DNA of 64,000 nt, taken from positions 9,486,001-9,550,000 of the forward strand of contig CM120643.1 in assembly GCA_051362555.1 (NCBI GenBank). The letters are read 5' to 3'. A program made the position numbers and the translations under genes. The stretch is from Lingula anatina (Eukaryota > Animalia > Brachiopoda). The notes below the pieces were generated by a model that did no database searches, had not been told where the DNA came from, and saw only the letters and a program-made list of their open reading frames with translations. Of this stretch, positions 54,701 through 61,802 are shown piece by piece; the stretch's first letter is position 1; every line of letters starts with the position of its first letter.

Positions 54701-57700
54701 GCAAAGAGAAAATTAAGTGCTCAAGTCTGATCCCTTTCCTGAAAAGTTGAATCTGTCATATGTAGGACCTGTCAGTATACTGAGTAAATACTGGAGAACT
54801 GTGCCATATGGAAGTCTTTATAGAAAATCCAAGCAGGCCCGTAGCCAGCAATTTAAAAAGGGGGGTTCTTTTTTCTGAAAAAGTGGACCTTTTCCCATAA
54901 AAACTTCATGTACATAGATCAAATTTTACCCAGAGTGGACCTTTTCCCAACAAAAGGGGCGGTTCTTTCGAACCCCCCGAACCCCCCCTGGCTACGGGCC
55001 TGCCAAGGGAGCATTTTACACCCAAGTTGATCCAAGGACTAACTGATAAAACCTGGCACGCACTTGAAAGCATGTTGGTAATCAATAAACAACAGATACA
55101 GAAAGGCAATAATGCAATAGCTTCTACAGATGCAGGGGTACGTGTATCCAGAGATATTTTCCGACAGTCTTCCAAATTATCTTTGTTGATCGATCTTCCA
55201 TTTTTGACCGTCTTCTGACAGAAAACATTAGATGGCTGACAATGTAAACTTGAAAATCTGACCATCTTCCAGAAGACCCAGAAGATGGCCTAAATCTGCC
55301 CCTGAAATGTTAACCCAGTGATGCTGGTGGCACTGCTTCAGCATATATTCCTGTAGTGATCATCTGGTGTAATCTGACATCATAAACAGGATGCATTAAA
55401 CAGTAAAGATCACCATTGTTTTCTTTAGTGATATAGGGTTCATGAATCTCTTTCAGTGCCCTAATTAAATCTAATTGAAAATACTTAAGAGCATACCTGG
55501 TGCATATGTTGAACAACGAATTTTAATTATCTTAATTACTATATTATCATTTTTTGTCACAGTTTCTTCGAGAACCCAAATCATTAATTACACGTGCAAT
55601 CTGAAATCTGTCCTTTAATGATTATCTTCTTTAAATAAGATCTACATACACGTACTAACACAAATGCACTTGGTACATGTACTGTACATATATCATCTGC
55701 ATTTACAACTATTTTCTCAGTTTCTAACTTTCTACAAGTGCTTGCTTGTATATTTTCAAGCCCACCAGATGACCAATATTTAAATTCCTTGTTTCTGACT
55801 GGCAGCTAGTGTTTTTGATTATCCCCACAAGATGTGTTTCAAGTTTATTGCTGAAACAATTAAATTGCTTGTGAGACTTCAAACCCATTCATTATATCTA
55901 TCTTCCTGGTTTGTAACTGTTTTTGATTAAATATATTTATAGCAAAACAACTGAATAGCTTGACGGCTTAGAAGTCTGGCATGCCTACAGAAGCTGCTAA
56001 ACAACACTTAATTACCTCCTAGCAGCTTCAGTAGGTGTGACAGACATCTAAACCAATTAAGTTGATTGCAATTTAGCGAGAATCCCCTTGGAAAGGAATC
56101 AATCCACAGTTGGTATGGTAGGGTCTGGGAATGGTCCCTTATACTTACACAAAGCAGCAGATGCCGTCAATTTCAGAATTGCCTGTGGGGGCCCACAGTT
56201 CCCATAGACAGGGGTCAGTGTGTACCTCGCAAATGCAAGGGTAATAATTGCCAATGATGATGGTTGTTGAACAAGCATTGTAGTCCAGACAAAAAGAAAT
56301 GCCGGAACTGGACCATAAGCCTCATAAAAATATGCATATGTACTCCCAGACTTTGGGATAGCAGTTCCAAGCTCAGTGCAACACAGTGCTCCTGTGGAGG
56401 AAAATTTGGACAAGTGCTGCTTTAATATTTTGAACCAAGCTAGATCATCATATACATGTGCACATGCATATATATACCAGTAATTTATGAGTGAAAATAA
56501 TTTAAAAAGTCAACTAATTTTGGCCTAATTGATTGTCATTATGGGGTCCAGAGGCTATAAGTTAGGTCAGACAAAATTGTGACTGCCACCCTAATTTTGT
56601 GGAAATCTGAATTCTTTTTGCACCTATTCTTTTTAATGGAAAAGATAAATTGGGTGTTGGTTTGGTTATAGTGGGAAAAGTACAACAGACAACACAAAAT
56701 ACCTGAATACTGTTGTTTTTATGCTCCAAAACCCATTTATAAAGCAAATTTGCTATTTTTTCCAACTTAACCTAGCATACTTACATATAGCTAATACTGC
56801 AGTTAGTTTCAGCACTGATTGAGGAGGCCCGCAGTTGTCATAGACAGGTGCCATAGCGTAGTGTGCAAAGGCAAGGCATATTATAGCCATAGAGGAAGGA
56901 CGAACAACAACAATTGATAGCCATGCATGGAGAAATGCGGGGACAGGACCGAACGCACTGCCTAGATAAATGTACTCGCCACCAGACTTTGGTATTTCGG
57001 TCCCCAGCTCAGCGTAACACAAAGATCCTAGAGAAAAGCAGTACTAAGTAAAAGAAATGCCAAAATGCAGCTAGAAAATCAGACTAACCAAGCTTAAAAA
57101 TGCAGATAATAAAGCATGAAATCTTTAAAATCCTGCAAACCTAAAGATGTCAAAGTTAATAAAGAGATGTTTTGGTCAATTCATTAGAAAAAAGAAGTTC
57201 CAATTCTCAGAAATTTTGTGTATGATTGAAGGGGGGGGGGGAGGAGCTGCCAATCATGCCAGGGCCTGTATTCATGCAGGAGTGAGACTAAAGAATTTAA
57301 TTTAACAGCATTTTTGGCTGGTAAGAGCCAATCAACATTTGATGAAGATTTTATGCCATTTTTCCAGTTTGAAGTCAACCAAGGGGTGGGGCAGGGAGGT
57401 CCACTTTTTCAGAAAAAAAGCTATAACCCTTTTTTGAAATTTTCACATTGCTAAGCTAAATTTAAGGCACCCTGCTAAAGTGCAGTAAATGGAAAAATAT
57501 GTTGGAGTTTATTCAGATGGAGGAAAATTTTAAAAGGGATGCAAGGTTGTGACTGAATCAGAGACAGTCTTACAAGCTAGACCAAGAGTTCTATTGTGAC
57601 TGAATGAGAAAGAATCTTACAAGCAAAAGAAGAGCCAACATGCACTGTGATTTGCAGTAGCTATCTAATATTAGACTAAACTGTTAAACGTTTCACACTT

Positions 57701-58258
57701 TTCACCAATATCTATATCTGCAGGTAAATATGGAGCATTTGAAACAAAGGTTATATATACCTCAGTTAGGACCTTATAGCTACATGTATAAGCATGTCAT
57801 ACATGTATAACTGAATAGCAATGACTTATTTTACATTATCTATTCCAGTGATTGAAAATGCCCATGCAACTTTGATTCTAGCTACGAATAGGACCCACCA
57901 AATATATACTCTGCATTGTATACATGTATCCGTATATTGTTTGGTGGATCCTAGGATTGTATGATTTTATTCTAAAGCATATGCACGCACACAATGTTAA
58001 GGTCACTGTACTTACAAATAGCAGCTGCAGCAATCATTTTGGGAATAGAAGGAGGCGGGCCACAGCCATCGTATATGACGACAGATAAGTATTGTCCAAA
58101 TGCTAACATAATGATAGAGAGTGAGGAGGTTTTTATCACTGCCACTGACAGCCATGCAAAGAGGTATGCTGGGATAGGTCCGAAAGCTTCGTAAAGGTAT
58201 GCATATTCTCCGCCTGATTTTGTTAGTGCCGTCCCTAGCTCAGCATAGCACAAGGAAC
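46828..58258 (-). CDS. SLC7A9: SLC7 (LAT family) amino-acid transporter light chain, b(0,+)AT/SLC7A9-like; first exons lie beyond the right edge
   Basis: One of four 243-nt exons, then constant exons 52129-52004 (126 nt), 51532-51433 (100), 50609-50565 (45), 50168-50045 (124), 49001-48898 (104), 48473-48377 (97), 47793-47644 (150), 47421-47253 (169) and 46895-46828 (stop). Motifs [76 protein letters not shown]. Exon sizes agree with my recollection of human SLC7A9 except the 169-nt exon; this should be verified. Confidence 0.92.
48160..48357. mobile_element. MITE with CAGGCC termini and 5-bp TSD ATAGA (hAT5-like)
   Basis: ATAGA|CAGGCCAGTAACC...GGCTACAGGCCTG|ATAGA; same family as 54834-55002. 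Confidence 0.75.
49213..49758. mobile_element. 546-bp MITE with long near-perfect TIRs and TTA TSD (young PIF/Harbinger-type)
   Basis: TTA|GAGCGCATTCTCAACGAATTAAGCCAGGCTTTACAAAGCCGGTGACCTAAAAATGGCGGACGTACATGAAAGAAA... with an exact inverted copy at the right end |TTA; a related fragment lies near 41240-41375. Confidence 0.88.
51157..51413. mobile_element. Near-perfect 257-bp palindromic MITE; extra orphan TIR at ~51076
   Basis: GGCTTCGTTCACATGCAATGTCTATTTTCTAAATTCTATTTTCTATTTGC...inverted copy...GAACGAAGCC, flanked by TAA/TTA. Confidence 0.85.
53720..53977. mobile_element. Palindromic MITE immediately downstream of the exon D donor
   Basis: Family of 5027-5238; both arms present; ends ~10 nt from the GT at 53987. 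Confidence 0.8.
53988..54230 (-). CDS. SLC7A9: SLC7 alternative exon D (243 nt, phase 1-1)
   Basis: ccttgacag|GA GCA...[81 protein letters not shown]|gtaagt. Confidence 0.87.
54834..55002. mobile_element. MITE, TIR CAGGCCCGTAGCCAG, 5-bp TSD CCAAG
   Basis: CCAAG|CAGGCCCGTAGCCAG...CTGGCTACGGGCCTG|CCAAG. Confidence 0.85.
55133..55304. mobile_element. MITE of the 19887-20054 family (inverted), imperfect 5-bp TSD AGATG/AAATG
   Basis: CAGGGG...CCCCTG termini; internal sequence is the reverse complement of 19887-20054. Confidence 0.75.
55957..56138. mobile_element. Truncated MITE downstream of the exon C donor (outer left arm missing)
   Basis: Colinear with 53795-53977; lacks a counterpart of 53720-53790. 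Confidence 0.75.
56149..56391 (-). CDS. SLC7A9: SLC7 alternative exon C (243 nt, phase 1-1)
   Basis: cctccacag|GA GCA...[81 protein letters not shown]|gtaagt. Confidence 0.87.
56785..57027 (-). CDS. SLC7A9: SLC7 alternative exon B (243 nt, phase 1-1)
   Basis: ttctctag|GA TCT...[81 protein letters not shown]|gtaagt. Confidence 0.9.
58016..58258 (-). CDS. SLC7A9: SLC7 alternative exon A (243 nt, phase 1-1)
   Basis: gattttag|GT TCC TTG TGC TAT...[81 protein letters not shown]|gtaagt. Confidence 0.9.
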
Positions 58259-59202
58259 CTAAAATCAATGGCAATTTGTTGGCTTTGGTTAGTTTATCAT
58301 CTGGAAGCATTTTTAGTGACCTTTACAACTGAAAGTATCAAGACATTATCTTGTATTAAATAAAAGTTTTTTTTACGATACATTTAATTTCATATTTGCC
58401 AGTATATGGAATTATTTCAAATAAAAAGGAAGAAAATTTCACAAAAAATAAACACTGTCTTGTAACTTTCTGTATTGTCAATGAGTGTTAGATCTTTATA
58501 TAAATAAAGTTTTTTCCTCAAAGTATCAACTATTTTCCCTTACAATCACCAAGGTATGCAATATCAAATACCATTCGTAAAACTGTAATTGATAAAATTT
58601 GTTTTTCAGGCTCTAGTTTTCAGTTTTTGAGTAATGCTGAAAGACACTGGTGTATTTCACAATGGATTGACAGATCAATTTTTTTCAACAGTTATGGATA
58701 GGGCACCACCATACCTTGATGATAAAGAGAAGATTAAAGTTAAATAATAATATTATTTATTTTTTTCATTGCTATATAAAGATCTAGTGTACATCATATG
58801 TCTTCCATCTTAAAATAAAAATAAATAAGTATGACTACTGTAGCACATGATTTTAATTTATATGAGTAAAAGGCTCCACTAGTACTATTAGCATATAAAG
58901 CAGTTAGACATAATATATATATTTTTTAATTTATAGACTGAAATGCTTTCTATAAAGCAAAATTACAATAACCCAAAGCAAAAAATGGCGAATTTTAATT
59001 CTCTATTCAAATAATTTGTCCCAATTTACTGGGTATCAAACAATAAAATTGCTATATAAATATGTATCTCAAAAAAAAAAAAAAAAAGTTCAAGAAATGT
59101 TCATGTTATTTTACGTAAAATACTATTCAAATGTTCAAGTAGTACCAGTACATTTTTATAAAAAATAATATATATATATATATAAAAATATAAAAATAAT
59201 AG

Positions 59203-59430
59203 TGTAGTGCCGAGGGGTCATTGCATGACCCGGAAGCATGTCACGGCGCATGCGTAGTAGTGAGTTGAAGTTGAGAGCGTTGGAGTTGAGCATGGCGCGC
59301 TCAAGCGCATGGTGCTAAGTTGTGGTGAAGAGAGAATTAACAAGAAAACGAGGACTTGGATGCCTATTCAGAAAAGGTAGGCACTTTACTTATTCATAGG
59401 CCAGTTGTAACCCACAACCCGGTTTCTATA
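59203..59430 (+). repeat. Putative 5' LTR (~228 bp)
   Basis: Begins TGTAG after an AT-rich host flank and ends CTATA (imperfect inverted terminus) 1 nt before the PBS; the 3' LTR is not in the window. Confidence 0.7.
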
Positions 59431-59431
59431 T

Positions 59432-59452
59432 TGGTGGCAGCCGGGCCGGATT
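59432..59452 (+). promoter_or_regulatory. Primer-binding site, probably tRNA-Leu
   Basis: TGGTGGCAGC is complementary to the 3' end of eukaryotic tRNA-Leu(AAG/UAG) (...GCUGCCACCA); the match degrades after 10 nt. Confidence 0.7.
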
Positions 59453-59696
59453 TGTGCCACATTTGGGCAGAAAAGTTGCGAATTTTTCTGCTGAGGAGTT
59501 TTTCAGCCACGGAGCTGAACTCCGCACTCAGGCACGCTACCCTACCATTTTAATGTTTATTGTTGTATAAATTGTATATGAGGAAACCCCAGCACGGACT
59601 GGTGAGTGTTTTTAGAGTGTTTTTACAGTAGTTTCTTACAAGTTTTAAGGAGTTTTCTGGAATTTTCGGCGGCACGTGCGCCAAGGAAAAAACAAA

Positions 59697-61802
59697 ATGG
59701 CGACGCACGCCAGGATTTTCATAAATTATGCAAATGTAAATGAGTTAATGCGGACTCCAGGTCTCACGGAAGACCAAGTGTTCAAAATAGCCGAATTGAG
59801 GGAACAGTTTGGAAATTTAAATGTGCAGCAAGTGGAAAGTGCTTTGTGCTGCAGACTGGCTCCTCGTACGCTGGATATGGTGGACTTTGAGCCGAATCAG
59901 CGCTTGGGTGTGGGCAGCACGGCTGTTTCACTCAGGGAAAGGAAGGTGCAGGAGACAGGAGGATCTGGAAACTGGCTATGGAGATTTTTCCGGTTTCTTT
60001 TAGGACTGTTCTTCGGATTTTCTGCTCAGGAGGAGAGCAACGCTTTCAATAGCGAAAGTGCGCCTCACGGAGGTGGCACGCGGCAGCTAGGAGGCTGTGA
60101 GGGTCAAATGAGTGCACGTCGTAACTCGGAGGCCACGGTGCCGAAGAGATTATTCGAGGATAGTGGACTGGAGGGAGCGAATTCGCCTCAACTTGTCAAA
60201 CGGAGCCCAGGTAAAAATGTAGTTAAGAATGTAAATAGTGGGGTTCAGCAGGGGGGTCCTTATGTTCCATATACACCTAGCCCCATGGGGGGTGGGGTAG
60301 CATTAGGTCCCGGGAGTCAGGATAGGGCTGTTTACACCCCTGAATTGTTTACACCTAGTCCAGGGGGGGGCGTTGTAAGGGAGACTCCTATGTCCGGGGA
60401 TGTCCGGGGGGAGGGGTATGCTATTGGCCCGGGGGGTGGTGGCAGCTATTCGGGTTACCCTGGGAATCATAGCCCTCCAATGGCACCTGGTGTCAGTTCC
60501 CCAGTCATGCACCCTGGGAATCACGGATTCTCAGTACCGCACCCTGGAAATCACAGTTCTCCAACCATGTACCCTGGGAATCACGGATTCTCAGTACAAC
60601 ACCCTGGAAATCACAGCTCTCCAGCCGTGCACCCTGGGAATCACGGATTCTCAGTACTGCACCCTGGAAATCACAGCTCTCCAGCCATGTACCCTGGGAA
60701 TCACGGATTCTCAGTACAACACCCTGGAAGTCACAGCTCTCCAGACGTACACCCTGGGGATCACGGATCTCCAGTGGTGGGAAGTGGATCGAATTCAGGG
60801 CACTTAGTGTATCATAGCACCCCAGTGGAGGGAGGTAGCCAGGACGAACACCCTGTATTCCAGGGCTCTCCTATATTGAAACGGGGCGCGGCCTCGAGGA
60901 GGACTGCACGGCTCACGGAGCTAGGGGCAGAACAAGACTCAATAGAGAGGAGGAAGGTCAATCCTCCTAAGAGCTTAACTTTTAACGGACACGGAAGTTG
61001 GGCTGCTTTTAAGTTGCTTTTCTTACGACAGGCAGAGAGGGAGGATTGGGATCGCGACATGTCCCTGGATGCACTATGCCTCTGCCTGAAGGGTAAAGTC
61101 CTAGACTGTTGTGTGAACGTCACACGCAGGCTAGGTAAGCTCTCATATGAAGGTCTCATGGAGGAATTGGAGACCTGTTACGGAGAAACGGACACACCGG
61201 CTACGGTCCGGTCGCAGCTACATAACGCTACTCAAGGCGAGACAGAAACGGTGGATGAATGGGGAGTCAGGGTGCTACGTCTGACTTCTGAAGCGTATGC
61301 TCAGCTACCTAGGACATTCGTGGAGTCAGAGGCTGTAAGTCGGTTCTGCGCGGGCATGATTGATTCAGAGGCAGGTCAATCAATTTATATGCGACAGCCA
61401 GCCACCTTAAGGGAAGCGATGCAGCTGGCTAAGATGCATAGGGAAATGCGTGTGACTATGGAGAATGCGGGAAAGAAATTGCGCCCGGGAGCCAAGCGAG
61501 CCAACCAAGTGACGCCTGCAGCAGAGGGTAACATTCCAGAGCTGGAACAGATGAGGGACACCATCAAGGAAATGGAGAAGGCGTTGAAAGATGTCCGCCA
61601 GGAGCTGAGTAGGAGGTCATCTACCGGTTACGGCCACGGAGCCGCACCCGGAAACCAGCGGGGCTGGGGACGGGGCAGCACTGGAAGCTCGGTGCTGTGT
61701 TATAAATGCAATCGGCAAGGGCACATTGCAAGGGAGTGCCCGCAGGTGGGAAACTCCACCGGGTCGAGGCCGGAGGCCAACCCTCGACCCAGCGATTCAT
61801 AG
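59697..61802 (+). CDS. gag: Gag (701 aa from ATG 59697): HhH-like N-terminus, hydrophobic helix, decapeptide repeats, capsid-like domain, coiled coil, CCHC knuckle
   Basis: aaaATGG context. Capsid-like LTFNGHGSWAAFK...W...L...LKG...QGETETVDEWGVRV...RFCAGM...PATLREAM, and CYKCNRQGHIAREC. Confidence 0.9.
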   Translation: MATHARIFINYANVNELMRTPGLTEDQVFKIAELREQFGNLNVQQVESALCCRLAPRTLDMVDFEPNQRLGVGSTAVSLRERKVQETGGSGNWLWRFFRFLLGLFFGFSAQEESNAFNSESAPHGGGTRQLGGCEGQMSARRNSEATVPKRLFEDSGLEGANSPQLVKRSPGKNVVKNVNSGVQQGGPYVPYTPSPMGGGVALGPGSQDRAVYTPELFTPSPGGGVVRETPMSGDVRGEGYAIGPGGGGSYSGYPGNHSPPMAPGVSSPVMHPGNHGFSVPHPGNHSSPTMYPGNHGFSVQHPGNHSSPAVHPGNHGFSVLHPGNHSSPAMYPGNHGFSVQHPGSHSSPDVHPGDHGSPVVGSGSNSGHLVYHSTPVEGGSQDEHPVFQGSPILKRGAASRRTARLTELGAEQDSIERRKVNPPKSLTFNGHGSWAAFKLLFLRQAEREDWDRDMSLDALCLCLKGKVLDCCVNVTRRLGKLSYEGLMEELETCYGETDTPATVRSQLHNATQGETETVDEWGVRVLRLTSEAYAQLPRTFVESEAVSRFCAGMIDSEAGQSIYMRQPATLREAMQLAKMHREMRVTMENAGKKLRPGAKRANQVTPAAEGNIPELEQMRDTIKEMEKALKDVRQELSRRSSTGYGHGAAPGNQRGWGRGSTGSSVLCYKCNRQGHIARECPQVGNSTGSRPEANPRPSDS
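60510..60779 (+). repeat. Coding minisatellite: nine 30-bp units in an alternating 60-bp dimer, (H/Y)PGNH(GFSV/SSP.).
   Basis: accctgg(g/a)aatcac(gg/ag) recurs every 30 bp. Confidence 0.95.
61748..61790 (+). other. Programmed -1 ribosomal frameshift signal: G GGA AAC, 6-nt spacer, 9-bp GC-rich hairpin
   Basis: Heptamer 61748-61754 is in the gag frame; GGGTCGAGG (61761-61769) pairs with CCTCGACCC (61782-61790); the -1 frame is the pol frame. Confidence 0.88.

Noticed and set aside
53988-58258. Four separate tandem SLC7 paralogs
   Set aside because: The gaps between the copies (0.4-1.9 kb) contain no other SLC7 exons, and there is only one downstream exon set.
59973-60026. An env gene inferred from the hydrophobic segment
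   Set aside because: The segment lies inside gag, with no signal peptide or furin site; any env would be downstream of pol, outside the window.
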